From Escherichia coli (lineage in GTDB: Bacteria > Pseudomonadota > Gammaproteobacteria > Enterobacterales > Enterobacteriaceae): a stretch of 64,000 nucleotides of DNA. The position numbers and the translations under genes are program-made. Below, one piece after another: positions 9,541 through 21,348 of this stretch. The notes below the pieces were generated by a model. It was not told the origin of the DNA, ran no database searches, and was given only the letters and a program-made list of their open reading frames with translations. The stretch lies in the NCBI RefSeq assembly GCF_001677475.2, contig NZ_CP015229.1; one strand, written 5' to 3'. Numbering within the stretch: position 1 is the first letter of the stretch; the number at the start of each line of letters is the position of its first letter.

Positions 9541-10659
9541 TTATTTTTCAACCTGCTGAACGTCAATTCGACGCGCTTCGTCCAGCTGACTGGCTTTCGC
9601 ACGAATGCGTGCTTCCAGCTGGTCGATCATATCGTTGTTGTCCAGACGGTCTTTGCGCACGCCATCTTCATAGAGGCCGCTTTTCTTGTTGCCACCGGTG
9701 ACGCCGAGTGTAGAAACCAGCGCCTCACCTGGGCCATTCACCACGCAGCCGATAATCGAAACGTCCATCGGAGTGATGATATCTTCCAGGCGTTGCTCCA
9801 GCGCGTTAACCGTACCGATAACATCAAATTCCTGACGCGAACAGGTCGGGCAGGCGATGAAGTTGATCCCTCGCGAACGGATACGCAGCGATTTCAAAAT
9901 ATCGAAACCGACTTTGATCTCTTCAACCGGATCGGCCGCCAGCGATACGCGCAGCGTGTCGCCGATGCCTTCAGACAGCAGCAGACCTAAACCAATGGCG
10001 GATTTAACCGCCCCGCTGCGCGCACCACCCGCTTCGGTGATCCCCAGATGCAGCGGCTGATCGATCTGTTTTGCCAGCAAACGATAAGACTCAACAGCGA
10101 GGAAGACGTCTGACGCTTTCACGCTGACTTTGAACTGATCGAAGTTCAGGCGATCGAGATGATCAACATGACGCATGGCGGATTCCAGCAACGCCTGCGG
10201 CGTCGGTTCGCCATACTTTTCTTGCAGATCTTTTTCCAGCGATCCGGCGTTAACGCCAATACGGATCGGAATGTTTTTATCGCGCGCACAGTCAACCACT
10301 ATGCGAATACGCTCTTCATTACCGATATTGCCAGGGTTAATACGCAGACAATCGACGCCGTATTCCGCTACTTTCAGCGCAATGCGATAGTCGAAGTGGA
10401 TGTCAGCCACCAGCGGCACGTTAACCCGCTGTTTGATGAGTTTGAACGCTTCTGCCGCGTCCATCGTCGGTACGGAGACACGGACGATATCAGCGCCAAC
10501 GCGTTCCAGCGCCTTGATTTGATTGACCGTTGCTTCGACGTCTGTCGTACGCGTATTGGTCATGGACTGTACGGCGATGGGAGCACCATCGCCAATCGGC
10601 ACATTCCCAACGTAAATACGTGTTGATTTTCTACGTTGAATTGGAGCCTGGTTATGCAT
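9541..10659 (-). CDS. ispG: 4-hydroxy-3-methylbut-2-en-1-yl diphosphate synthase (IspG/GcpE)
   Basis: 372-aa ORF, C-terminal CPTCSR Fe-S cysteine motif. Confidence 0.95.
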   Translation of the reverse strand: MHNQAPIQRRKSTRIYVGNVPIGDGAPIAVQSMTNTRTTDVEATVNQIKALERVGADIVRVSVPTMDAAEAFKLIKQRVNVPLVADIHFDYRIALKVAEYGVDCLRINPGNIGNEERIRIVVDCARDKNIPIRIGVNAGSLEKDLQEKYGEPTPQALLESAMRHVDHLDRLNFDQFKVSVKASDVFLAVESYRLLAKQIDQPLHLGITEAGGARSGAVKSAIGLGLLLSEGIGDTLRVSLAADPVEEIKVGFDILKSLRIRSRGINFIACPTCSRQEFDVIGTVNALEQRLEDIITPMDVSIIGCVVNGPGEALVSTLGVTGGNKKSGLYEDGVRKDRLDNNDMIDQLEARIRAKASQLDEARRIDVQQVEK

Positions 10660-10685
10660 GAAAAATCTCCCGCGTTACCCGTCTG

Positions 10686-11699
10686 TTACTGCGCCGCTGA
10701 TTGTTCGGCATTGAGGGTCAGACGCGCAACCTGGTTAGTTCTGATAAAACGACTCAGATCGACAGGTTTCCCTTGATACTGGATCTGTACTGCGGCTGGC
10801 GCACCAATTTTCAGTTTGTACGGTGCCTGGCCGGTTAAGTTCAAATTACCGTCTTTACGCTGCATACCGCTAAACAATTTTTTACCGGTAGCATCAGTAA
10901 CCTCCAGCCAACAATCGGCAGTAAAGTTCATCACCAGCGCATTCGGATCAGCCACCGGCGTGGTCACGCCAGCCTGATCGGTTGGCAACGGCGCAGCACC
11001 ATCTGGCGTTGTTGTTGCCGTTGGTGCCGGGGTCGCGGCGGTATCAACATTTGCCTGCGAAGGCGAAACAACCGCATTCTGTTGCGGATCAACAGCTGGT
11101 GCTGGCGCAGTTACGGCAGGTGTTTGCGTGTTGGTTGCGGTAGTATCCACAGACGCTGGCGGCGTGGACGTTGTAGCTGGGTCTGTAGTTGTCGACGTAT
11201 TTAACGGAACACTCTGCCCCTGCTCGCTATTACTGCTCAGTTCCGCCGAAGATTGATCGGCCATAGTGGTGATCTCTTCCTGCTGAGCTTTGTGGTCTTG
11301 CCACCACCAGGCACCGCTCAGGCCGATAACCACAAACAACACCAGCCAGGTGAAGGTCATCAGCCAGCCGTCGCGTTTTTTGCGGCGTTTACCGAGGGAA
11401 AAACTCTGCATCGGCGCAACTTTTGCAGCCCGTAGTGGAGCCTGCTTTTCCAGCCCTGGCAGCAGTTCTTCTTCTGGAATATGTACCAGACGCGCATAAG
11501 AGCGGATATATCCGCGCAGGAATGTTGAAGCAAGATCGGCGGGTGCCTTATCTTCTTCAATGTCGCGTACCGTGGAAACCTTCAGGCAAAGTCGCTCGGC
11601 AACGGCCTGCTGACTAAGTCCTAGTTGTTCGCGAGCATTACGCAGGCGAGCGCCGGTAGTAAGTGCTTCATTTTGGTCGTGCGTGGCTTCAGTATTCAT
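10686..11699 (-). CDS. rodZ: Cytoskeleton protein RodZ (YfgA)
   Basis: 337-aa ORF; N-terminal HTH, single TM segment, Pro/Thr/Ala-rich linker. Confidence 0.9.
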   Translation of the reverse strand: MNTEATHDQNEALTTGARLRNAREQLGLSQQAVAERLCLKVSTVRDIEEDKAPADLASTFLRGYIRSYARLVHIPEEELLPGLEKQAPLRAAKVAPMQSFSLGKRRKKRDGWLMTFTWLVLFVVIGLSGAWWWQDHKAQQEEITTMADQSSAELSSNSEQGQSVPLNTSTTTDPATTSTPPASVDTTATNTQTPAVTAPAPAVDPQQNAVVSPSQANVDTAATPAPTATTTPDGAAPLPTDQAGVTTPVADPNALVMNFTADCWLEVTDATGKKLFSGMQRKDGNLNLTGQAPYKLKIGAPAAVQIQYQGKPVDLSRFIRTNQVARLTLNAEQSAAQ

Positions 11700-11943
11700 T
11701 CGCTGCAGGTACGTTTAAATGAGAATTGAGATGCCGGTGAACCATCATGCTCACCCACACCGCGAAACATCCGTTAAGTTAACCGTTATCATACAGTATA
11801 AGACCGTCTGTGTGCTCGTGACAAAGCCCACATTCACTAAGGCTAACTTACTGTTGCATCGTTACATACTGCCTTAAAGTCAGCAAAAACGCACCGTTAA
11901 TATTGACCAGACAATTGCAACTTAATACTTCATTCATAAAAGA

Positions 11944-11978
11944 TTACGCCACGGTACATAAAGTAACCGTGGCGTAAT
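11944..11978 (-). terminator. Rho-independent terminator downstream of rlmN
   Basis: 12-bp stem ttacgccacggt/accgtggcgtaa with U-rich run on the minus strand. Confidence 0.5.
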
Positions 11979-11983
11979 GGCTA

Positions 11984-13138
11984 TCAGACCGCTTTAATGT
12001 CGATGGCTTCACCCTGCATCCGTTTACGCAGAGTACGTTTCGTACGGTCGATAACATCGCCCGCCAACTGTCCACAGGCAGCATCGATATCATCACCACG
12101 AGTTTTACGCACAATAGTGGTGAAACCGTAGCTCATCAGCACTTTTGAGAAACGGTCGATACGGCTGTTCGAACTGCGTCCATACGGCGCGCCAGGGAAC
12201 GGGTTCCACGGGATCAGGTTAATCTTACACGGCGTATCTTTCAGTAGCTCCGCCAGTTGGTGCGCGTGTTCAGTGCCGTCGTTAACGTGGTCAAGCATCA
12301 CGTATTCAATAGTGACTCGGCCCTGATTGGCGTTGGATTTCTCCAGATAACGGCGCACCGCAGCAAGGAACGTTTCGATATTGTACTTTTTGTTGATCGG
12401 CACAATTTCGTCACGAATTTCGTCGTTCGGCGCGTGCAGGGAAATTGCCAGTGCAACGTCGATCATATCGCCCAGTTTATCCAGCGCCGGAACTACACCG
12501 GAAGTGGAAAGCGTCACGCGACGTTTAGACAGGCCAAAACCGAAATCATCAAGCATGATTTCCATCGCCGGAACGACATTGTTCAGGTTGAGCAGCGGCT
12601 CGCCCATGCCCATCATCACTACGTTAGTGATTGGACGCTGACCGGTGACTTTTGCTGCGCCGACGATTTTCGCTGCACGCCACACCTGGCCGATAATTTC
12701 CGATACCCGCAGGTTGCGGTTAAAGCCCTGCTGGGCGGTGGAACAGAATTTACACTCCAGCGCACACCCCACCTGCGAAGAGACGCAGAGCGTTGCGCGG
12801 TCGTCTTCCGGGATATACACCGTTTCGACGCGTTGATCGCCAACGGCAATTGCCCATTTAATGGTGCCGTCAGATGAACGCTGTTCTTCAACCACTTCCG
12901 GTGCGCGGATTTCCGCCACCTCTTTCAGCTTGCCGCGCAACACTTTGTTGATGTCGGTCATCTCATCAAAGTTGTCGCAGCAATAGTGATACATCCACTT
13001 CATCACCTGATCGGCGCGGAAGGGTTTTTCACCTAAATCTTTAAAAAACTCCCGCATCTGCTGACGGTTGAGATCCAGCAGGTTGATTTTTCCATCTTTA
13101 GTGGTGACGTTTTCAGGTGTGACTAATTGTTCAGACAT
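11984..13138 (-). CDS. rlmN: Dual-specificity RNA methyltransferase RlmN (radical SAM)
   Basis: 384-aa ORF with CALECKFC radical-SAM motif. Confidence 0.95.
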
Positions 13139-13287
13139 ATGCTATTCCGGCCTCGTTATTACACGTTATGGCCCCTGGAGGGTTGAAAAAAGAAACGCCC
13201 CGGTGAGCGGCTGCTCGTCCGGGGGCGCTGCATTGTACAAATTCTGGCGCACGGATGCCACGTTTGCACGCGGCATTTACGAAATTA

Positions 13288-13719
13288 TTAACGGGTGCGC
13301 GGGCACACTTCGCCTTCGCCGAAGAAATAAGCGATTTCGCGAGCGGCAGATTCGACGGAATCAGAACCGTGGGTACCATTTTCGGTCAGGCTGTCAGCGT
13401 AATCAGCACGCAGAGTACCGGCCAGTGCGTTTGCCGGATTGGTCGCGCCCAGCAGATCGCGGTGACGCTGAACGGCATTTTCACCTTCCAGCACGGAAAC
13501 CACGATCGGACCAGAGGTCATGAATTCAACCAGACCATCAAAGAACGGTTTTCCATCGTGTTCAGCATAAAAGCCACGAGCCTGTTCAACGGTCAGGTGC
13601 AGCATTTTGGTGCCGACAATTTTGAACCCTGCAGCTTCAAAGCGCGCAAAGATATTACCAATGACGTTTTTTGCTACCGCGTTCGGTTTGATGATGGAAA
13701 AAGTACGTTCAATAGCCAT
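13288..13719 (-). CDS. ndk: Nucleoside diphosphate kinase
   Basis: 143-aa [26 protein letters not shown] active site. Confidence 0.95.
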
Positions 13720-13867
13720 TTTTACCTCTGTAAATTGTTCTGTTGTTGTCTGTACCAGCGTACGAGATGGCGCGGATTATAATGAGCAACAGGGCCGTTG
13801 ACTATTGATGAAGGTAACATTTTTTTAAAATAAACCTAGTTTAAGCAACAATCAGGGACAAAACAGA

Positions 13868-16180
13868 CTATTGCATGACAAATTTCACTGTCGCGATTTG
13901 CCCCACCTCATCCATCACCAGCAATTGATAATCGCCTTTATCCATCAAATGCAGGGTCACGTTGCGCCCGCGTTCAGTTAACGGTTCGCCATTCAGAAAC
14001 CACCAGCGTTCACCTGCCCCTCCACTTGATTGCAACGGCAAAGTCGCTTCCGCTGCGCCCGGTAAACGTTTAATAATCGCGCCATCGCGAACACCTGTCA
14101 GCTGCAGTGGGAGTTGTGCATCGTGACCGTATGGCGGGCAAATTGTCGAGGCCGCTGGTAAGCGCACAGCGCGACGTTCTGATGCGGGTAACCAGGGTTC
14201 CAGCGGTAGCGGCCAGACATTTATCATTTCTTGTCGCGCCTGAGGGCAATCAGCGGCAACACGTTTGCCGTTTTGATCCAGCCAGATGGGGAAACGAATG
14301 CCATTAATGCCTTCCTGCTCCGGCAGTAATAGAGTTGGCGGCTGACTCCCGTCCAGCAGCCAGGTTGCCAGGCGGCGGCGGCAGTTACCGTCACCTTCCG
14401 GCAAAGACTGTCCGCCCGGCCAGCAGATAACGCCACGACTTACAGAGTCAGGACGTGGGTCTTCCGGCAGATTCGCACTGCGCGACAGTAAGATATTATT
14501 GACCTGATTCAACAATGGTACGGCGCTGGCAAAGCCAAACTGACCAACAACGGGCGTGCCGTCCGGTCTGCCAGTCCAGATCCCAATGACATAGCGAGCG
14601 TTAACCCCAATCGCCCAGGCATCACGATAGCCATAGCTGGTGCCCGTTTTCCATGCCAGTGGGGCGACGCGCGGCAAGGCACCATCCGGCAAGGGTTGCG
14701 CTTCATCAGCCATAATCCGGCGAATGATCCACGCAGCCCCCGACGACATTAAAGGCCGTTCAAGCAGCGGATCGTCAGGCTGTAAGCGCAATTTACCAGC
14801 CTTGCCGTGGCGAGCAAACGCGGTATAGGCCGCCGCCATATCCCCCAGTTTTGCACCAGCGCCGCCGAGAATGAGCGAAAGATTCGGTGCAGCACCGTTG
14901 GGCAAATATAACGGCAATCCAACATTGCGTAACTTTGCAGCAAACCGTTTCGGCCCATAGGCTTCCAGCACCTGCACAGCAGGTAAGTTCAGCGAGCGCA
15001 CCAGCGCCTCACTCATGCTGATCGGGCCATGAAAACCGCTGTCAAAGTTGCCAGGTCGGTAATCACCGGTACGCCGGGGGACGTCTTGCAGCAGTGATGC
15101 CGGGTGGATCAATCCTTCATCCAGCGCCAGACCGTAAACAAACGGTTTGAGCACCGATCCTGGCGATCGGATCGCATTGACCATATCAACATGACCAAAG
15201 CGTGAATCATCGTTGAGATCAACCGAACCCACCCAGCCGCGAACACGCATATCGGTATGATCAACCACGATCATCGCCAGTGAGCTGCGCGGTGGTAATC
15301 GTCCTTTCCAGTTTTGCGCCAGTTCTTCCAAACGTCGTTGAAGACCGGCATCCAGCGTAGTAACGATTTTGTCGCTTTTGCTTTTACCGAGCATCATGCG
15401 CGAAAACAGCGGTGCCAATTGCGGCATTTGTCGGGGTGCCAGCCAGATGGGTTCTTCCCTTGACTCTTTTACCTGCTCACGGGACCACACACCTTGCGCA
15501 GCCATCCGTTCGAGCACTTTATTACGCGCGGCTTCGGCACGCTCCGGCCAACGATCCGGGCGAAGACGGCTGGGCGCTTGCGGTAACACCGCCAGCATTG
15601 CCGCCTCGGAATAGCTTAAATTCGCAGGCGATTTTCCGAGATAAGCCCAACTTGCCGCACCGATCCCCTGCAACGTACCGCCAAACGGAGCGCGGTTAAG
15701 ATACAAGGTCAGAATTTCACGCTTAGACAGATGCCACTCCAGTTGCAACGCACGCCAGAGCTGGCGAATTTTGCCGCCAAATGTTTTGGGGTGAGGATCA
15801 AGCAGACGAGCAACCTGCATAGTGAGCGTGCTGCCACCGGAAATAACCCTTCCCGAAGTGAGATCTTGCCATGCTGCGCGCGCCACCGAGAATGGATTCA
15901 CCCCCGGATGCTTCCAGAACCAGCGATCTTCATAATTGATCAGCGCTTCAAGGTAACGTGGAGAAACATCTTCGATTGTTACCGGATAACGCCAGATGCC
16001 TTCCGCATCGGCAAAGCGCCAGAGCGGCGTCCCATCCTGCGCCACGACCACACGTGCGGGATTGACTTCATGCAACGGCAGAGGCCAGAGTTTATCTGCT
16101 CCCCACGCCGCCAGAATGATAATAAAGGGCGCGGCTGCCAGCGTTATCCAGCAGCCGCGTTTACTTAACAGACGAGGCAT
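13868..16180 (-). CDS. pbpC: Penicillin-binding protein 1C (glycosyltransferase/transpeptidase-fold)
   Basis: 770-aa ORF; start codon directly abuts the yfhM stop codon. Confidence 0.9.
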   Translation of the reverse strand: MPRLLSKRGCWITLAAAPFIIILAAWGADKLWPLPLHEVNPARVVVAQDGTPLWRFADAEGIWRYPVTIEDVSPRYLEALINYEDRWFWKHPGVNPFSVARAAWQDLTSGRVISGGSTLTMQVARLLDPHPKTFGGKIRQLWRALQLEWHLSKREILTLYLNRAPFGGTLQGIGAASWAYLGKSPANLSYSEAAMLAVLPQAPSRLRPDRWPERAEAARNKVLERMAAQGVWSREQVKESREEPIWLAPRQMPQLAPLFSRMMLGKSKSDKIVTTLDAGLQRRLEELAQNWKGRLPPRSSLAMIVVDHTDMRVRGWVGSVDLNDDSRFGHVDMVNAIRSPGSVLKPFVYGLALDEGLIHPASLLQDVPRRTGDYRPGNFDSGFHGPISMSEALVRSLNLPAVQVLEAYGPKRFAAKLRNVGLPLYLPNGAAPNLSLILGGAGAKLGDMAAAYTAFARHGKAGKLRLQPDDPLLERPLMSSGAAWIIRRIMADEAQPLPDGALPRVAPLAWKTGTSYGYRDAWAIGVNARYVIGIWTGRPDGTPVVGQFGFASAVPLLNQVNNILLSRSANLPEDPRPDSVSRGVICWPGGQSLPEGDGNCRRRLATWLLDGSQPPTLLLPEQEGINGIRFPIWLDQNGKRVAADCPQARQEMINVWPLPLEPWLPASERRAVRLPAASTICPPYGHDAQLPLQLTGVRDGAIIKRLPGAAEATLPLQSSGGAGERWWFLNGEPLTERGRNVTLHLMDKGDYQLLVMDEVGQIATVKFVMQ

Positions 16181-19100
16181 TTACGGTCTGACAATCAACA
16201 GATCTTCAGCCGCGCCGGTCGCCCGCCATTGGGGAACATACATTGATTCCACCATCGGTTGCGGTACCTGATACGTTCCCGGCGTCACCGCCCGCGCCAG
16301 ATACACCAGCGTTACCGGTTGGTATTCATCAACGGCAACCGCCGCCACAAAGCGATCGTCACGGAACTCAATGTGCTTAATGCTCGCCTGCTGCATCTGG
16401 TTCAGTAAGTTTTGCACTTCGCCACCACTTTGCTCCAGGCTGGCGCTACCGTTCGCCAGATTCTGATTTTCCAGTTCCAGACCCGCAGGCAGCAGATCCA
16501 CGACTAACGCATCCGGCACGCTGTTACTGGCTTTAACCTGCAACCAGACCAGCACCAGATCGCCGCTACGTAACGAGTCCAGCGATTTGCTCTTACCATC
16601 AGTACCAAGAATATGACGCTCGATTTGCAGCACATTGTTCGCCGGTAAAGGTGCGGATTGCGGATAACCGCTGGCATCCACACGCAGCCATAACGGCTGA
16701 TCGCCACTGTTGGTCACCTGCAAGGTGGCAAGTTGATCGCTATTCAGATTGCTGTTTTGCGCTTTCTCGCCTGTCAGCGGCTCAGCAGAGAAAGTGGTTT
16801 GCGCCTGCCATTTGCCCGGTAAATCCTGAATCGTACGGGCAGCCAGGAACAACGCGTTACTTTCCTGCGTCGATAGCCAGCGTTCACCAAATGCCTGCTG
16901 CGAAAGCGTGTTCAGCAAAGCGTTCTGCTCATCGGGTAGCAGTTTATTTTCTTCCAGCAAGGAGAGCATCAACGCGTTGTCGCGCAGTGGACTACCGTAA
17001 TCACCCAGCCATATCCGCTCATCACTATTACGCGGCGTTTTCAGCGCCAACGCAATTGCTTCTTCACCACGCGTCGCATCACCCATGGTTTTCAGCGCAA
17101 CGCCAAGTTGCAGCAGCGGTAAACCAGAAGCGGCATCTGCACGATGCTCCCAGATTTCACGCAGCGCACCCAGTGGAGCTTTTTGCTGACGGGCCAGCAC
17201 CAGCGCAGCGTAAGACTGTACGGCGAATTTACTGGCTTTGAGATTATCCGCGTACGGGATCGACATCATGCCCGGATCTTGTAAATAGCGCAGCAGACGC
17301 TCATTTCCCCGGTTAATGGCGTCCGTCGGCACGCTGTAACCCTGCTCACCTGCGCGGACCAGGAAATCCATCACGTAAGCCGTCAGCCAGTACTCTTCGT
17401 CACCGTTTTTATCCCACAGCGCAAAGCCGCCGTTATCACGTTGCATTTGCAGCAAACGGGAAATGCCGATATCGACCGATGCACGGCGCTTCTCATCACT
17501 GTCGCCTTTGATGCCCAACGCCTGCAGTTGGGCTGCGTTGGTATAAAGTGACGGGAACAGGCCGCTGGCGGTTTGCTCAAGACAGCCGTACGGATACGCT
17601 TTTAACTCTTTGATATAACGTGCGATGTTCAGCGGTGGTTTGCCGCTCAACAACAATTGCCCTTCCAGCGTAACAGGCGAGAAGTTTTGCAATCTATCCG
17701 CCGGAATCGCCCATGTCTCACCAGGCTGTAACGCCGTACCGTAATTAACCGTTTGTGCCGGGAACGCAGGACGGACGCCGATTTTCCACTGCTTATGCTG
17801 ATCGGCAACGGTTTCACCCGGTAACGCTAACCCGCTAATGGTGGCCTGAATTTCTCCATCGCCATAACCCGGCAATGCTCGCACCGGGATAAACAGCGTA
17901 GTACGCACACCTGGCGCTAATTCAACGGCAGCGGGTGAATCGCTGACCAGTTCAAGCAAACCACTGGCGGTCAGGGCAACGTTCAGTTTTTGCGGTTTAT
18001 CGGTAAGATTAGTGATATCCAGCGTCAGACGCGAGGTATCGCCACTCGCCATAAAGCGCGGCATGTTCAGTTCAGCAATCACCGGTGCGGCAACTATCAC
18101 TTTGCTTTCGTTGCTACCGAAGTCATCTGCCGTCCAGGCTTGCGCCATGACGCGCAATTCACCGTTAAAATCGCCAATCGGCAGTGTAACCGAGCCTTCG
18201 CCCTGTTCGTTGAGCGTTACCGGCAGCGCCTGCTGCGCGACAATATTGACGTGATTGACCGGCGGTTTACCACCACGTTTCAGCTCATCACCATCGCCAC
18301 CGAAACGCAGAGCTGCCAGACGCCCCTGACCTTCAATAACCTGACCGTAAATATCGTAAATGTCTGCGCCATAGCGTTTCTGACCAAAGAACGCCTGCCA
18401 CGGATCTGGCGTGACGTAGTCAGTAATATTCAGCACACCACTATCAACGGCAGACACCAGCACATTCACCTGTTTAGGCTTCTCGCCATTTTTAGTGCTG
18501 GCTTTAATTTTCACGGTTAATGGTTGATTGGGACGCATTTTTGCTGGTGTTTCCAGCGCCAGATCGAGGCGACGGTTTTCATCACCAAGCGGCAGATGCA
18601 ACACACCAACCGCGCGTTTTGGCGTCGCGGAGCGAGATTTATCGCCAGGACGTACCACCAGCGTACTTAAATACAGATCATGACGATTCCAGGTTTTATC
18701 GACCGGAATCGTCAGATCCAGCCCTTGAGCCGGAACATCAATCTCTTGCCACCACAGCGGCCCTTCACTGGACTCGACCATCGCATAACCTTTACCCTCC
18801 GTTGGCGCGGCAATATGCAACTTAATGGTATCGCCAGGGCGATAACTGGCTTTATCCAGTTTCAGCGTGACACGGTCGGGTCGCACTGCGCCGCTCCCGT
18901 CGCTGTTGTCCTGCCAGCTATAGCCAGCCCAGAAACGCACACTACTGACCGCTTCATTCGGCGCTTTGACTTCCAGACGATAAGCGCCCCACTCTACCGG
19001 GAAACTGACCTTGCCGGTTTCGTCCGCTTTCAGATCCAGAGTTTGTTCATTTTCAATCAGATCTTTTTGATCAAACTGTGACTGCCAGCCTTCATCTTCT

Positions 19101-21142
19101 GACCAGTTCCAGTAGTAATCGCGGCGTTCGCGAATCAGGCGCACCTGCAAGCCCGACACGGCTTTTTTTACGCCTTGCGCATCGCTATAAACGATGTCAA
19201 AAGCGGCGTTACTGCCTTCATCAACAATGGGCTGTTTCACCGTGCTGTCAGTGCGATAATCGTAAACCGATTTCGAGGCGAACTGCGGACGGATCCCCGG
19301 CAATGCATCGGCAGGCCAGATAGCCTGCTCAGCGCGGCGCGTCACCGGGCGACCGCCCGATTCCAACAAACTACCCTGGAAAATAACCTGTAATGGGGAA
19401 TGCGTTTCCTTCCACTGGCTTTCTGTAGAAACTTCGCCACGCCCTTTATCATCCAGCGTCAACTGAACTTCATCCAGCGTGCGGGAAAGATTTTCGGCAG
19501 CTATATCGCCGAATTCGAAACCAGGTAAGGCTGACACAGCTTCACGCAGTGGGCGCAGGAAAAGTTGCCCTTGCAAAGTATTACCATTAGCAGGCGCACC
19601 ATACAGGTAGTAACCCACTACGGAGAATTTCACTTCATCTTTCGGCGCTAACGGGGTTTTCTCGCCAGTCAGATTCAACGCCATGCGCTCTGGCATAAAA
19701 TCTTCGACGTGGAAATCCCACATCCGATACTGGTTATCGCCAGTGTTAGCGCGAATATGCCACATGCCGGTTGCCGCACTGCTATCCAGTTGCCAGGTAA
19801 AGTGATAGAGGCCATTCTCCGGCTGACTAACGACACTACGCAGTACCTGCCCGTCAGGTTTAATCACGTCTAACTTGATGGGTTGATCCGGCAGAGCTTT
19901 ACCGTCTGCATCACGCAGTAAGCCGTTGAGGATTACTGTTTCACCCGGGCGATAAAGATCGCGCGGGCCAAACATAAAGAACTGTTTGCTATAACCCGGT
20001 GCACCAGCAATGTTAAATTCCGCTAAGTCCAGCGCCGGAAGTTTTAAATCGAGCAGCGTTGTCTGACCGTCTTTACGCGCCAGCAGTAATGCCGCGTTTT
20101 TATCATTTTCCAGCTGCACATGCCCCTGAGCATCACTGGTTGCCTGAGTCAGAGTCTGCCCTTTCTCATTTAATAAAGAGACTTCTATTCCTTGCTGGGC
20201 CGCGCCGTTTTCCAGACTTTGGATAAAGATATCCAGACGATTGTGATAACGGTGAGCTGAAACGCCGATATCACTTAACGTAAACAGCGTCGCGGGATTA
20301 CTGTAATCGTAACGTCCAGCCTGATTCATCACAGCCAGATACACGCCTGCCTGCTGAAGCGGTTTGATATCGCCCAGCGGCAGCAATAATTTTTCACGGG
20401 TGTTACGCGCAGGATTGAGATCAAACCGTCCGGTGTAGACCAGATCTGCCATCTGCAGCAGTTTGTCAGACTGCCAGTTCGCCAGCGAATTGCGGTATTC
20501 CCATTGGCTAATGAATGCAGGCAGAGATTCGGGCTTCACACGGAAGAAGTTAACATCGACATTGTTAACGTTGAGCGCCATTACCGGCAGCCCTTCAATA
20601 ACTTTACCAGGTAACAACGAACCACGGCTGGCAAAACCGACGCTGGGTTGGATATCGCGGGTAGTTATAGTTTTTTCGTAATCTTTACTGAAGGTTGCGT
20701 TGTTGAGTGCTTTGACCTCCTTGCCAATAGTGACGATCAAATCACGTTTCGGTTCGAGGTGGCGTAAACGCAACTCTTTAAGATTATCTGACAGCTCCCA
20801 GGCACCATCCACTTTGCCGATTTTCTTATCGACGACATGGATAACGCGTGAGAAATCCTGATCCGGGTCGAGAGGAATGGAGAACGTCAGCACCAGCGTG
20901 GCTGCGCCATCAAGTTGAACTTCAGAGAGATCCAGCAATGTCAGCGCCTTACCGGCACTCTGTTGGGCCAGTTTTTGTCGCTCCGGCGCGGAAAGTTTTG
21001 CTGAACTCACGTTTTCTGAAGAGGCCGCTTTAGTAACTTCAGAAGGCGCATCTTTTTTCACCGCTGTTGGCGCGTTATCGTTGTTGTCGCACCCTGCCAG
21101 CGCCAGCATTAGCATGCAGGCGGCTACGCGTAACTTTTTCAT
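16181..21142 (-). CDS. yfhM: Alpha-2-macroglobulin family lipoprotein YfhM
   Basis: 1653-aa ORF, lipobox LALAGC, thioester-like CLEQ motif. Confidence 0.9.
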   Translation of the reverse strand: MKKLRVAACMLMLALAGCDNNDNAPTAVKKDAPSEVTKAASSENVSSAKLSAPERQKLAQQSAGKALTLLDLSEVQLDGAATLVLTFSIPLDPDQDFSRVIHVVDKKIGKVDGAWELSDNLKELRLRHLEPKRDLIVTIGKEVKALNNATFSKDYEKTITTRDIQPSVGFASRGSLLPGKVIEGLPVMALNVNNVDVNFFRVKPESLPAFISQWEYRNSLANWQSDKLLQMADLVYTGRFDLNPARNTREKLLLPLGDIKPLQQAGVYLAVMNQAGRYDYSNPATLFTLSDIGVSAHRYHNRLDIFIQSLENGAAQQGIEVSLLNEKGQTLTQATSDAQGHVQLENDKNAALLLARKDGQTTLLDLKLPALDLAEFNIAGAPGYSKQFFMFGPRDLYRPGETVILNGLLRDADGKALPDQPIKLDVIKPDGQVLRSVVSQPENGLYHFTWQLDSSAATGMWHIRANTGDNQYRMWDFHVEDFMPERMALNLTGEKTPLAPKDEVKFSVVGYYLYGAPANGNTLQGQLFLRPLREAVSALPGFEFGDIAAENLSRTLDEVQLTLDDKGRGEVSTESQWKETHSPLQVIFQGSLLESGGRPVTRRAEQAIWPADALPGIRPQFASKSVYDYRTDSTVKQPIVDEGSNAAFDIVYSDAQGVKKAVSGLQVRLIRERRDYYWNWSEDEGWQSQFDQKDLIENEQTLDLKADETGKVSFPVEWGAYRLEVKAPNEAVSSVRFWAGYSWQDNSDGSGAVRPDRVTLKLDKASYRPGDTIKLHIAAPTEGKGYAMVESSEGPLWWQEIDVPAQGLDLTIPVDKTWNRHDLYLSTLVVRPGDKSRSATPKRAVGVLHLPLGDENRRLDLALETPAKMRPNQPLTVKIKASTKNGEKPKQVNVLVSAVDSGVLNITDYVTPDPWQAFFGQKRYGADIYDIYGQVIEGQGRLAALRFGGDGDELKRGGKPPVNHVNIVAQQALPVTLNEQGEGSVTLPIGDFNGELRVMAQAWTADDFGSNESKVIVAAPVIAELNMPRFMASGDTSRLTLDITNLTDKPQKLNVALTASGLLELVSDSPAAVELAPGVRTTLFIPVRALPGYGDGEIQATISGLALPGETVADQHKQWKIGVRPAFPAQTVNYGTALQPGETWAIPADRLQNFSPVTLEGQLLLSGKPPLNIARYIKELKAYPYGCLEQTASGLFPSLYTNAAQLQALGIKGDSDEKRRASVDIGISRLLQMQRDNGGFALWDKNGDEEYWLTAYVMDFLVRAGEQGYSVPTDAINRGNERLLRYLQDPGMMSIPYADNLKASKFAVQSYAALVLARQQKAPLGALREIWEHRADAASGLPLLQLGVALKTMGDATRGEEAIALALKTPRNSDERIWLGDYGSPLRDNALMLSLLEENKLLPDEQNALLNTLSQQAFGERWLSTQESNALFLAARTIQDLPGKWQAQTTFSAEPLTGEKAQNSNLNSDQLATLQVTNSGDQPLWLRVDASGYPQSAPLPANNVLQIERHILGTDGKSKSLDSLRSGDLVLVWLQVKASNSVPDALVVDLLPAGLELENQNLANGSASLEQSGGEVQNLLNQMQQASIKHIEFRDDRFVAAVAVDEYQPVTLVYLARAVTPGTYQVPQPMVESMYVPQWRATGAAEDLLIVRP

Positions 21143-21348
21143 TTTTCATCCCTGCCACAATGGCCCGTTAGCAACGTCGAATAATTATTATGCGTGAGAA
21201 TTTACGTTATGTAATTCAGTATCACGCCCATACAATCCGAATTTTAGTGAGAATTGTGGCTCAGACAGCCAAATCAGCCTCTTTTGCTTGTCGCCTTTCA
21301 CTAAACATCCGACAATTTAGCCTAACCCCGGCAAAAATGGAGATGCCT

